DNA of 64,000 nucleotides from Nitrosopumilus sp. (GCA_965204345.1 OZ241981.1:928001-992000), one strand, 5' to 3'. Shown: positions 20,563-30,350, counted from the first letter of the stretch. Numbers and translations: made by a program. The notes: a model not told the origin generated them from the letters alone.

Positions 20563-21639
20563 CTAATTTACAAGGATTAAAACAAAGGGTCCCTGTTCGG
20601 CAATAGGCACGTTATTTCTATCCCACACAAAGGTTTCAATAAAAAATAATCCAGACTGCTCTGGAACCCAATCTATTACTTGAATTTCTTTCCCGGTTCC
20701 AATAAAACTCCCATCAAATTTTCCAATGTATTCTACAGTTGGAGGATCACCACGATTTTCAGGAGATTTTTTTATTTGTACATAGTAAGTATATGCTGTT
20801 TCATTAGATTTTTGATCTGCGGCAAACTGAATCCAGGTTTTGCTTTTTATGCTAACTGCTGAACCAACTGTAAGCTCAGATAACTTGTTTCCATTAGAAT
20901 CCTCTACAGAGATATCAGAAATTGTTACCAGTTTATCAGGTATCTGTGAAAGAGGAATTTTAATATCTACAAAATCAGAATTAAAAATATTGGATTCTGC
21001 AAATAGAAGAAGGCCTACAGCCCTTGAATCAATGATTTCATCAAATTCAAAACTGACCTCAATGTTTGAATCCACATATCCAAGTTCTATGGTTGATACA
21101 CTTAGTATTCTTGGAGGATCAAAACCATCATAAAATGCAAGATAGACATTAGTGTCAGAATTTGGAGCGCCTCCATTTTGCAAAACTCCTGAAAATCTAA
21201 AAGAACTATCTAAAAAAACATCAGTTGAATATACGGTCAAACCTTTTTGTTTTTCAACTGAAGAATCAAATCCTAAAAGAGATACGGATGCCTGAGTTAT
21301 GTTGGGATTTGCAGTCTGTGAACGAATTGCATATGGAGATTGTCCATTATTGGGAATCACTTCAAGTGTGGTAGTTCCTTGCACAATTTCTAATGGAATA
21401 GGGCTTAGATCATCAAAAAATTTTACTTGAATTTGGATATTATTTACAGGAGTTTGAGAATTATTATTTTCAACGATTCCTACTACTACAGTATGACCTT
21501 CAGAATCCTGATACACGTAGATATTTTCATTATCAATGGAAACAGTAAGGGTAGGTGTAGTATCTATAACTTGAGAAAATCCCTGATTAAACGGAATTAA
21601 GAGTAATATGAAAAAAAAGAGAAAAAGCGCTTTTATCAT
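20563..21639 (-). CDS. Exported hypothetical protein (beta-rich surface protein)
   Basis: Signal peptide; 358 aa; acidic and beta-strand rich. Confidence 0.75.
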   Translation of the reverse strand: MIKALFLFFFILLLIPFNQGFSQVIDTTPTLTVSIDNENIYVYQDSEGHTVVVGIVENNNSQTPVNNIQIQVKFFDDLSPIPLEIVQGTTTLEVIPNNGQSPYAIRSQTANPNITQASVSLLGFDSSVEKQKGLTVYSTDVFLDSSFRFSGVLQNGGAPNSDTNVYLAFYDGFDPPRILSVSTIELGYVDSNIEVSFEFDEIIDSRAVGLLLFAESNIFNSDFVDIKIPLSQIPDKLVTISDISVEDSNGNKLSELTVGSAVSIKSKTWIQFAADQKSNETAYTYYVQIKKSPENRGDPPTVEYIGKFDGSFIGTGKEIQVIDWVPEQSGLFFIETFVWDRNNVPIAEQGPFVLILVN

Positions 21640-21763
21640 GATCTTTTATAAAAACAGGGATTAATTTTCTGTAGTATATCATATTGTGGACAAGAAAGGT
21701 AACAACGTTTAACCTAGTTTACACTAGAATAAAATAAAAAGAAATTAAAAATAGATGTAAATT

Positions 21764-21865
21764 TTATTTTCTCTTTGCGGTAATTGCTATCCAGTAAATT
21801 AAACCAGGAGCTAAACCAACAATGAGTGGAATCCATACAGGCCATCCATCTACTACGCTTGCCAT
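21764..21865 (-). CDS. Small 33-aa single-helix membrane protein
   Basis: MASVVDGWPVWIPLIVGLAPGLIYWIAITAKRK. TTTAAATA lies about 25 nt upstream and a T-rich terminator downstream. Confidence 0.65.
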   Translation of the reverse strand: MASVVDGWPVWIPLIVGLAPGLIYWIAITAKRK

Positions 21866-21940
21866 AAGGGAAAATCAAAACTTATCCTATTTAAATCCAT
21901 CCAGCAGTATGAATTTCAGTCTAGATCGCAGGAGGAAAAG

Positions 21941-22014
21941 TGGACCGGACGGAATTTGAATCCGTGACCCCCCGCGTGCAAGGCGGGTATACTACCAGGC
22001 TATACTACCGGCCC
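21941..22014 (-). tRNA. tRNA-Ala(TGC)
   Basis: Reverse complement reads GGGCCGG...CCCGC-CT-TGC-AC-GCGGG...TTCAAAT...CCGGTCCA. Confidence 0.95.
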
Positions 22015-22094
22015 ACATGAACAATGAATAATGTATGGATTTTAATTGTTGTCTTCGTGGCAAGAATTTTATTTGAAATCATAATCCTTGTGTT

Positions 22095-22649
22095 ATGGTA
22101 CTATTAGAATCACAAATTAAATTAAAAACAGGAGATATTGCGCCAGATTTTGAATTAACAGGAATTGATGATAAAAAACACTCATTGAGTGACTATGAGA
22201 GTTACAAAGGTATTCTGGTAATTTTCATGTGTAACCATTGTCCATATGTTAAAGCTAAAGTCGACGCACTAAACGAATTATATGAAAAATGTGGAAAAGA
22301 TATAGCAATTATTGGCATTAACAGTAATGATTCCACAAATTACCCAGAAGACAGTTTTGAGGCTATGAAAAAAACAGCAGCAGAAAAAGGATTCAAGTTT
22401 GATTATCTAATAGATGAGACACAGGAAATTGCAAAAAAATATGGTGCAATGTGCACTCCGGACCCATTCTTGTTTAATGCACAAAAACAGCTGGTTTTTC
22501 ATGGAAGAATAGACAATGCCATGAAACCAGAAGATCATGCAACGGAGAAGACGATGATTCTCAACATGGAAAAATTAATTGCCGGAGAAAAAATTGAAAA
22601 GGATTTTGACCCGTCAATTGGTTGCTCAATTAAGTGGAAAGAAAATTAG
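22095..22649 (+). CDS. Thioredoxin/AhpC-TSA family protein (PRX-like1)
   Basis: APDFEL, FMCNHCPYV, GRIDN and SIGCSIKW motifs. Confidence 0.9.
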   Translation: MVLLESQIKLKTGDIAPDFELTGIDDKKHSLSDYESYKGILVIFMCNHCPYVKAKVDALNELYEKCGKDIAIIGINSNDSTNYPEDSFEAMKKTAAEKGFKFDYLIDETQEIAKKYGAMCTPDPFLFNAQKQLVFHGRIDNAMKPEDHATEKTMILNMEKLIAGEKIEKDFDPSIGCSIKWKEN

Positions 22650-22995
22650 ACAATAGTTTCTGCAAGTGGACAATAAACACTAGGGGAATAAAATACCCAA
22701 AAAACCAAACAGTTAGAATAATGCAACAGAGTCTCATTTCGTACTTGATGAATCGTAGTTGGAATTAATCTTGAATTTTTCAAAATTGTATTTTTGTAAT
22801 TATATTGTCATGATGACTGGGTTTAATAAAAGAATAATTTACTAAGAATCCTAATTAAAATTACAATAATGAGAATTTTATAATCTAGATACGATATATC
22901 TGTAATTAGTTAGGATCAAATGATCTCACTAAATAGTTAACAGAATTGATCGATATCATACTTGTGAGTGAAACATTCTTGATGTTGAGAGTGAT

Positions 22996-24318
22996 TTGAT
23001 GAAAAAAGGGAAAAAATTTCGCGATCCAATTCATAATTTTATTCATGTTAGTCAAGACGAATTAGATATAATCAATAGTCCTATTTTTCAGCGTTCGCAT
23101 AACATCAGACAACTTAGTTTAGGATACTATGTTTATCATGGTGCAGAACATTCTCGTTTTGGACATATGATTGGGGCTTGTCATGTTGCAGGTCTTGCAT
23201 ATGATTCACTTAAAAAAAATACAGAAGAATTAGGAGAAGATTTTAGAGGTAATGATATAGATAGATCAACCTTACGTATGGCAGCACTTCTACACGATGT
23301 AGGTCACGCACCATTTTCTCATTCTTTAGAAAATATTCTAGATGCATCTCATGAAGACTATACTAAAAAACTTGTCAAACATTACTTTGAAGACACATTA
23401 AAAAAAGCAAATGTCGATGTGAATGTTGTAAACAATCTAATTGATGGAGCATATCCAAAAAAGCCATACCTTAGTAAGCTTGTAAGCGGTCAATTAGATG
23501 TTGATAGACTAGATTACCTACTTAGAGATTCATATTATTCAGGAGTAACTTATGGCAGGTATGATTTGGGTAGAATTATTGATCAGTTAGCCATAGTAAA
23601 TGGCAAGTTTGTTGTTCTTCAAGGTGGATATGAGGCAGTAGAGCAGTTAATTTTTGCCAGATATCAGATGTATCAGCAAGTATATTTCCATAAAACAAAG
23701 CGTTCTTTTGAATTGATGCTGTGGCAATGTGGTGAATTGCTAAAGGAAAAAGGATTACTAGATTATCCGAAACTAAAAGATTTGGAAGATAATGTTGGAA
23801 TTGAAGAATATCTTAAACGTGATGATCGTTGGTTTCTAAATTTGATCCACAATGAATCAAACCCAAAAGAAGTAAAACAGATTGCAACTATGATAAAAAA
23901 TAGAAAGCCATATTGGGAAACATATTCGCCAATATCTAATAGAAAACAGTCTACACGAGTGAGAACAGAGCCTGATAATGCTATAGACGGACTAGAAGTG
24001 TTACAAACGGGATTACTTAATGAAATGACATCCCTTGAAATTCAACCACATGAATTTTTAACTGATGAACTTGCTCGTTCACCTTACAAGTTAATGCCAG
24101 ATTATAACATCTCAGATGAGACGGATGGTGAAGGAACGAGTATTTCTATATATTATAAAAATAATCAACTAATAGAACCTGTAGAAAAACGATCTCATGT
24201 TGTTTTTACACTTGCAAAGAATCAGCCATTTATGCTAAGAGGCTTTGTGATCCCTGAAAAATATGAAACTGTGAGAAAGTATCTATCAAAATTTGACTAT
24301 GTTTTACCAAAACGTTAG
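22996..24318 (+). CDS. HD-domain dNTP triphosphohydrolase (SAMHD1/YwfO-like)
   Basis: RDPIH, FQR..IRQL, HSRFGH, LLHDVGHAPFSH, DVDRLDYLLRD and MYQQVYFH motifs. Confidence 0.9.
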   Translation: MMKKGKKFRDPIHNFIHVSQDELDIINSPIFQRSHNIRQLSLGYYVYHGAEHSRFGHMIGACHVAGLAYDSLKKNTEELGEDFRGNDIDRSTLRMAALLHDVGHAPFSHSLENILDASHEDYTKKLVKHYFEDTLKKANVDVNVVNNLIDGAYPKKPYLSKLVSGQLDVDRLDYLLRDSYYSGVTYGRYDLGRIIDQLAIVNGKFVVLQGGYEAVEQLIFARYQMYQQVYFHKTKRSFELMLWQCGELLKEKGLLDYPKLKDLEDNVGIEEYLKRDDRWFLNLIHNESNPKEVKQIATMIKNRKPYWETYSPISNRKQSTRVRTEPDNAIDGLEVLQTGLLNEMTSLEIQPHEFLTDELARSPYKLMPDYNISDETDGEGTSISIYYKNNQLIEPVEKRSHVVFTLAKNQPFMLRGFVIPEKYETVRKYLSKFDYVLPKR

Positions 24319-24382
24319 CTAATCCGACGTATACTGATATTACCATGAGGATTAATATTGAAATTGATTTAATGAAATCCAG

Positions 24383-24946
24383 GTGTTACAAATGGTAAAA
24401 GTCGCTTCAAATAATTCAATAGTTTTACGATTAATTCAAAAAGCTACTGAAAATCCAAATGTGGAAGTCAAAGGAGTGATGGGCAAAAAAGCCCTGCAAA
24501 AAAGTCTCTACTTTTTTAATTTGAAGCACGGATTTTTTAATTTCAAATGGGCTGATTATGGACCGTTAAGTGGCGAAGTACAACAAATCGTTCAAGATCT
24601 TCATTTTGGTGGTAAAATCACCATCAATGATATTGAAACTAAAAAACCAGATGTCTTTATCAAGAATATGAAATACGTTGATGGTTCTGCGGATTTTACA
24701 GCCTTCCCCCCTGATTTAGATGATACTTTGGATGATATTGTAAAATTCACTGCCGGAAAGGGACCAAGGTCTCTTGAACTCTTAGCATCTGTTCATTTTT
24801 GGGCACAAAGACAACAAGATTTGACTGATGAATATACTGCTGAATACTGTCATGAAAAATTAACAGAACTAAAACCAGATGCAGGATTCAAAATTGAAGA
24901 TGTAGAACAAGCAATCAAGACGCTAGAAGTCAATGATTTTCTGTGA
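24383..24946 (+). CDS. YwgA/SocA (Panacea, DUF4065)-like winged-helix protein
   Basis: GKKALQKSLYF...FKWADYGPLS...LELLASVHF pattern; lies directly after the HD gene. Confidence 0.65.
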   Translation: MLQMVKVASNNSIVLRLIQKATENPNVEVKGVMGKKALQKSLYFFNLKHGFFNFKWADYGPLSGEVQQIVQDLHFGGKITINDIETKKPDVFIKNMKYVDGSADFTAFPPDLDDTLDDIVKFTAGKGPRSLELLASVHFWAQRQQDLTDEYTAEYCHEKLTELKPDAGFKIEDVEQAIKTLEVNDFL

Positions 24947-25115
24947 AGATTCTTTTGTATTCATTTCACGCATTACCTTTTCTCTATTTTTTATAATTCC
25001 GTTAAGACATTCTACCAGAGTTTAATTCTTTATTTCTTACTGAAATACTTTGGATATTTTTTACTCTTAAATTTTTCCAAAGTTTTTTCTATAAACTTTA
25101 GTACATCTATATGTA
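24940..25115 (-). pseudogene. DDE transposase C-terminal remnant
   Basis: Minus strand reads LVECLNGIIKNREKVMREMNTKESSQK, resembling the ERLNGxIRDREKVMRG motif of archaeal IS6-like transposases. Upstream sequence is frameshifted. Confidence 0.6.
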
Positions 25116-25546
25116 GATTTTATGAATGAACTAATTTTTCCAAACCAAGAACTATGTGTTTTTCATTTACTCCAAGTTTGTGGTAGTGAAAGACTTGATT
25201 ATAATCAGTTCATGAATACAAGGATGAAAGGAAGAGTTTTCAGACAAGGATGTAACAAGATGTAGTCAATTGAAATGTCTTGTTAGAAAATAATTGAAAT
25301 AAATGCATAGAGTATCCAGTGATGGTTTTCTTAAACGTCATATCAGAATTACACATAAATCTAAGAAATTAGTCTCACAAATCAAGTAATCTTTAAGATT
25401 TTTCATTAGTTTTTGATTATATCAAATTTAGCATTAGATGTATTCCAGTAAAAATATTCAACCACGGATATACATTGTTTTGATAATGATGATAAAAGTA
25501 TACTCTGATAATTAGTAAAAAAGTTATATTTAAGAAATAAATTTTT

Positions 25547-25883
25547 CTAGAGTTCTAATTCTTTATGATTTTGTATTTTGTTTATTTCTTCTATAGACAA
25601 CCAAGTATCTAATTCACCCATTGCTACACCACTACTTACATCCCATCTATCATTTCTTTCAGCTGAGATTAACATCTCATTTTTTCCTGTTTTCTTCTTA
25701 AAATATTCAAATTTACTATTATCATTTCTATATCGAGGATGTTTGTATTCTACCAATACATCAATTTGATGAATAGTTCCAGATTTTCCCTCCATTTTAA
25801 ATCATGAGTTACATGATATCCATTTTTTCAAATAATTCTGCAATCTTTAATTCAAACCTAATACCCTTCCTTAACGCAGACAT
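25547..25883 (-). pseudogene. Frameshifted restriction endonuclease (Mrr-like PD-(D/E)xK) fragment
   Basis: MSALRKGIRFELKIAELFEK, then a frameshift in an A6 run (25823-25828), then GYHVTHDFKMEGKSGTIHQIDVLVEY. Confidence 0.65.
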
Positions 25884-25960
25884 ATGATGATGTTATGAGT
25901 ACCAGCATTTAACAAAAGCGATATTGTTCAAGCAGAAAGTATTCAAATCATTATCCAAAT

Positions 25961-26717
25961 CTAAGATAGTTCATTTGCAAGATAAAGGGGATCTATACAT
26001 TTGATTCCAATTAGTGATTCAATGAGAGAGGAATTATTCAATAAATCTTTATGATCTAGAGTTGCCAGTAAGCAGATTTTCCCAGTGTTTTGTCGAAATG
26101 CTTCAACTTTACATAATATCTGAATATCATTTGGTTTTCTCTGAACTGTTTTTTTTAATTGTGGTTCGTTTCGTAGTTTTTCACAAGTTGAAGGAATTAC
26201 GATCTTAGGAATAATTTTGTACCCACTTAATTTTGTAAGAAAATCAAATTGTATATTTGATGAAATTTTATTAAATTCAACCATTGCCAAAACAACAAAT
26301 TCTGAAATATTTGGAGGGTTTTTTTGTGGGAATTTTCAATTAATAATTCACCAATACAGATTCAATATTTTCAATAATTTGGTGTTCTGATTTATTTACA
26401 GAATATTGACTTTTGAGAGTTTTGAAATGAGATTCAATAAATGACAAATCAGATATCATAATGTGCAAATTTATGCCTTTGAAGATACGATATTCTAAGA
26501 TAAAATTTTTAGATATAGTACCAATCAGAGTAATTATGTCTTTAATTCTATTTTCAACTTATTTTTTGACAGTTTCAGACAGATATTTTTTGAAAGTAAA
26601 GATTTTTTCCAGTTTTTCAATATTACCAGAACGAGATGAATGTGTTTCATTTCCAAATACTTCTGCAAGTAATAGTGAAGAATCTATACAAACAGCAATT
26701 TTCTTTGCTTTAACCAT
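25961..26717 (-). pseudogene. PIN-domain nuclease pseudogene
   Basis: AVCIDSSLL...YLSETVKK*V (TAA at 26559-26561 where Glu is expected), further disruption, then NDIQIL...LLATLDHKDLL. Confidence 0.65.
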
Positions 26718-27636
26718 GTTTTAGAATAAGCGCATGTAATTTTTCATCAAATTCAGTAAAAGATTCAGAATCTAATGAATTTAACATAATATCTTCATCT
26801 AGATATTTTTTATCGATAAAGTTTGTAAATACAGACAGATTATCCCTAAAAGAATTAAAAAATATCTTGAATCGGCTATCATAGATTGTATCTAGTTTTA
26901 ACGGCATTACTTTGAAAAGATCGTTAAGGCTTTGTGCAGTTTTTGAACGAAGATAGAATTTCAAGATCAATTCTGAACGAGAAACATTGGTTAGCAGTCG
27001 TGATATAGCATAATTTTTTTTTTCAAATTTTCCCAATTCATATCTGATTTTTCTTTCATCAGATCTCACCAAATGAAACATACTACGTAGACGCATGAGA
27101 TCATCAACTAGAGTTCTTAGAGCAGATATTTTTTCAATATATGAGATATTATACAAATTATATAATTCAAAAGACAAATTAGACTCTAGAAATTCTGCCA
27201 TAGATTTTTGATGCCATTCATCATACGAGGTTTTTAGTAATAGAGACAATTTAGATAAAGAATCTATTATTATTTCAAATTGAGTATTTACGTCATCAGA
27301 ATTTGATTCAAAAGAGTCAAGAGACTCTTGTATTTCAGTATGTTCATCTAAAAATTGTATAAAGTTTTTTTTCCATAATTCCACATATTGATCAGTGGAA
27401 AACCAATCAGCGTTAAAATCAACACTATTTGTAACATGTGCTATTTCACTGGAGAGCATTTTGAATAAATCAGGTTGTTCGTCTGGGAATAGATCTACAG
27501 TAGTTTTCTTTTGATAGTGCTTTCCGAAACTTTTCTTATGCAAGTTTGGTTTGAAATGATCTAGTACGTATAGAACCGCCGATTTGGCATATTCTTGCTT
27601 TTCATAACTTTGAAAATTAGAAGTTAACGCTTTCAA
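26710..27636 (-). CDS. Hypothetical helical protein, translationally coupled to the PIN pseudogene
   Basis: 308-aa ORF whose 3' end overlaps the ATG at 26717. Confidence 0.65.
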   Translation of the reverse strand: MKALTSNFQSYEKQEYAKSAVLYVLDHFKPNLHKKSFGKHYQKKTTVDLFPDEQPDLFKMLSSEIAHVTNSVDFNADWFSTDQYVELWKKNFIQFLDEHTEIQESLDSFESNSDDVNTQFEIIIDSLSKLSLLLKTSYDEWHQKSMAEFLESNLSFELYNLYNISYIEKISALRTLVDDLMRLRSMFHLVRSDERKIRYELGKFEKKNYAISRLLTNVSRSELILKFYLRSKTAQSLNDLFKVMPLKLDTIYDSRFKIFFNSFRDNLSVFTNFIDKKYLDEDIMLNSLDSESFTEFDEKLHALILKHG

Positions 27637-27807
27637 TTAATTCACATATACTTTTTGAAAGTTGGAGGAATATAATATCTTCTTTCATTTCTTCAAACGG
27701 TCTTTAATTATCAAACATAATTTAAAAATCTCATGAGTGATAAATTTACTAGTCACTTTGCGGATACAAAATTAGACTTAAATGACTCTTGCCTAGAGAT
27801 TTGTTCG

Positions 27808-27882
27808 GGGCTCGTAGCTCAGCTTGGCTGGAGCGTTCGACTGATAATCGAAAGGTCATGAGTTCGAATCTCATCGGGCCCA
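27808..27882 (+). tRNA. tRNA-Ile(GAT)
   Basis: GGGCTCG/CGGGCCC-A; TTCGA-CT-GAT-AA-TCGAA. Confidence 0.96.
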
Positions 27883-27887
27883 CTCAA

Positions 27888-28781
27888 TTATTTTAAATTT
27901 TGAGATACGGTTTCAGACCATTGCAAAACATCTTCTATTTTTTCAGATATCATGTCAGCCTTGATTTTGGATTTTTTAGATACCTTTCCACATAGGGTCA
28001 ACTTCATGTTTTTCCCAGATTTTTCTTTAATTGGGTTTATAGCATCTGCAAAAAAGTTCAGGCCCTCATCAGTGTGAGAAAAGACTACTGTAACCAAAAT
28101 ACCAGGTTTTTGTTTCCAAATTTTTCCTATCAATTTTTGAAAATCAAGGTCAAATAATACGTTGATTGATGAGGACATATCGCCCAAATGGGAGACTTTC
28201 CAGCCAGTGGAATGGTAAACTGCAGATGCAGCTTCAGAATACAGTCTACTTTGAAGATCAGATGCTATAACAACTATGTTCTTTTTTGGATCAGAGACCA
28301 CCTGAAGCTGATTAAAAATTTGAAATGATTTTGAAATGGTTGTCATTAGAAGATTCTGTTCGGATGTTCCGATTTTACCATCATCAAAAAGTTTTTTCAC
28401 ATGATCAACTGAGGGTAAAATCACTTCTAATATCAATCGGCTCACAATACCTCCGGAACGTAAAGAATTTCTAAGCAAAGAGTACACTTGATCCTCAGAG
28501 CCTTTTACTAAATATTCAATATACAGAGGCGCTACTTTGAAATAATCATCAGGAAAATGAAAGGATTCTTGTCCTGGTTCTAAAAACCAGAGCGTGACAT
28601 TACCAATATTTTTTTGACGTAACAGTCCTTCAGCTGCAAAAACCTTGAGATATTTAGACATGGTAATTCTATTTACGCCAATTTTTTCAGAAATCTCCAT
28701 TCCGGACATTCCAGAGACAGTATCATCTAAAACAGAGATTATCTTTTCCCTTATTTCTTCAGTGGAATATCCTTTGCCCAT
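27888..28781 (-). CDS. Winged-HTH transcriptional regulator with a B12-binding-like (cap plus Rossmann) C-terminus
   Basis: N-terminal HTH (SGMEISEKIGVNRITMSKYL). ILEVILPSV...KLFDDGKIGTSEQ resembles a B12 cap domain. Confidence 0.7.
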   Translation of the reverse strand: MGKGYSTEEIREKIISVLDDTVSGMSGMEISEKIGVNRITMSKYLKVFAAEGLLRQKNIGNVTLWFLEPGQESFHFPDDYFKVAPLYIEYLVKGSEDQVYSLLRNSLRSGGIVSRLILEVILPSVDHVKKLFDDGKIGTSEQNLLMTTISKSFQIFNQLQVVSDPKKNIVVIASDLQSRLYSEAASAVYHSTGWKVSHLGDMSSSINVLFDLDFQKLIGKIWKQKPGILVTVVFSHTDEGLNFFADAINPIKEKSGKNMKLTLCGKVSKKSKIKADMISEKIEDVLQWSETVSQNLK

Positions 28782-28899
28782 AATGCTCATGGGTGATGGT
28801 ATTCTATAAAGACTAATTTTCATTTTAGAACTCAAGGCACTAATTTGAGATAAAACATTATATACTTGAGTACTTTATTGTACGGTAAGGGAAAGTAAA

Positions 28900-29286
28900 T
28901 TGCCAAAAGCTGGATTCAAATCAATCACTGTTTCGGAAACTGTTTATGATAAATTCCATGAAGTTTATCAAAAGAGCAAAGACGACCTAACAATGAAGGG
29001 CGTTAACAGTTTTGCAGGCTATGTAACTTACATGTTAGAGGAGATGATGCAAAAGGACAAGACTTTTGCAAGGTATGCTCCAAAGATTGAAAAAATTTCA
29101 GTTGATGATGATCGTGTTGTTCTAAAAGACAATATCAAAAACAGAATTGCAGAAGTTGCCATTCAGAAAGGAGAGTTATTTTGCCAGCTCTGTGATGAGA
29201 AAGATTGCGTACACGTTGGTTTTGTATTCTCACTGCCAGACGTTTATGAAGTTCTAAATGCCAAAGGAATTAAAAATCCAAGGTAA
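28900..29286 (+). CDS. Conserved putative DNA-binding protein (RHH-like N-terminus, Cys/His cluster)
   Basis: GFKSITVSETVYDKF; CQLCDEKDCVH. Confidence 0.7.
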   Translation: MPKAGFKSITVSETVYDKFHEVYQKSKDDLTMKGVNSFAGYVTYMLEEMMQKDKTFARYAPKIEKISVDDDRVVLKDNIKNRIAEVAIQKGELFCQLCDEKDCVHVGFVFSLPDVYEVLNAKGIKNPR

Positions 29287-29410
29287 TGGAGGAGGTGGGA
29301 TTTGAACCCACGAACTCCTGAGAGACAGGATCACCCATTATTTGATCTTAAGTCCTGCATGTCCAAAAGCACTCAAAGTGCTTACTTTGGCCAGGCTTGA
29401 TTACTCCTCC
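29287..29410 (-). tRNA. tRNA-Leu(TAA) with two introns (D-arm at 29361-29384; canonical at 29332-29346)
   Basis: GGAGGAG/CTCCTCC acceptor, CAGGA-CT-TAA-GA-TCCTG after splicing, and a long variable arm. The D-arm intron has a BHB (CCAA:TTGG) with an AAGCACT/AGTGCTT stem. Confidence 0.9.
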
Positions 29411-29501
29411 AAAAGGATAAAAATCTGAGTGAAATTTAACAGTTTAGAGTAAATCCGTTCAGAATGAAGAATTATAAGGATTTTCTACAGGGGGAATTTA
29501 T

Positions 29502-29575
29502 GCTTCGGTAGCTCAGTCTGGTAGAGCGTTACATTGGTAATGTAAAGGTCACGGGTTCAGATCCCGTTCGAAGCT
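29502..29575 (+). tRNA. tRNA-Thr(GGT)
   Basis: GCTTCGG/TCGAAGC; TTACA-TT-GGT-AA-TGTAA. Confidence 0.93.
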
Positions 29576-29624
29576 CCTTTTCTTAAAATCATCATATTAT
29601 GAGATTACATTTGTTATTGATTGT

Positions 29625-29828
29625 TCAAAATGGTTTTGAATTAATCTTATCTTTTAAGAACTCATCTACAGATGTATTGGACATTACTTTCTGATATTCA
29701 GAAGATAATACTTTCAACTCATTGAGAGTTAATGGTTTATCAGTACTTGTATTAATTGCTAATCCACTAGATTCTGCTCTTTCACATATCTTAGTGTCTG
29801 CTTCTGTCCAATCACTAGTTTGACTCAT
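29625..29828 (-). CDS. Hypothetical protein inside the relic element
   Basis: MSQTSDW... 67 aa; the ORF is open further upstream. Confidence 0.45.
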   Translation of the reverse strand: MSQTSDWTEADTKICERAESSGLAINTSTDKPLTLNELKVLSSEYQKVMSNTSVDEFLKDKINSKPF

Positions 29829-30002
29829 GCTATATCTATAGCAGATATCATTATAATCTTTGCTAGATACACATGCATAAAGTAAAAGATACTTGCATAG
29901 AGTAATGGAATGACAACATATGCATAGTTTCTTTTCCAGATTTTGTAGTAAGTATAGCTTCCAATACAACAGATTATTTAATGATATGAGTTATGAGAGT
30001 TG

Positions 30003-30329
30003 TTATTGACTAACTAAAATTTTAAGATTTTTCACACCAATAGGTTTTGCTGCATTTGATTTAATTTTCCACAAGTTTTTGGTAAAATCTTTGACTTTAT
30101 TTTCTTTAACCAATGCTTTTCCAATTACACAGTATCTAGTACCTTCAAACGTAGTATCAGTCGTATAGGCCTGTAAGATGTTTTTAGATGACTTTAGAGA
30201 AGCGTTACGCATTGATATACAATTTGGATGTTTATCTCTGGTACATCTAAACATGAAATAGACATTCTTCAAATTTTGATTTTTAGGATTCATTACATAC
30301 ATCTTCAGATCAAACAATTGATTGTTCAT
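30003..30329 (-). CDS. Hypothetical protein inside the relic element
   Basis: 108-aa ORF in an AT-rich segment. Confidence 0.5.
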   Translation of the reverse strand: MNNQLFDLKMYVMNPKNQNLKNVYFMFRCTRDKHPNCISMRNASLKSSKNILQAYTTDTTFEGTRYCVIGKALVKENKVKDFTKNLWKIKSNAAKPIGVKNLKILVSQ

Positions 30330-30350
30330 TTATATATACATAAAGATGCT

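Larger units (their letters stand above)
22700..27780. mobile_element. AT-rich accessory/defence-like island, partly decayed
   Basis: Visibly lower GC, long intergenic gaps, and pseudogenes of a transposase, a restriction nuclease and a PIN nuclease. Boundaries are approximate. Confidence 0.6.

Noticed and set aside
21941-27882. Defence island as a tRNA-Ala or tRNA-Ile integrated element
   Set aside because: Both tRNA 3' ends point away from the island, and I found no duplicated tRNA fragment or integrase.
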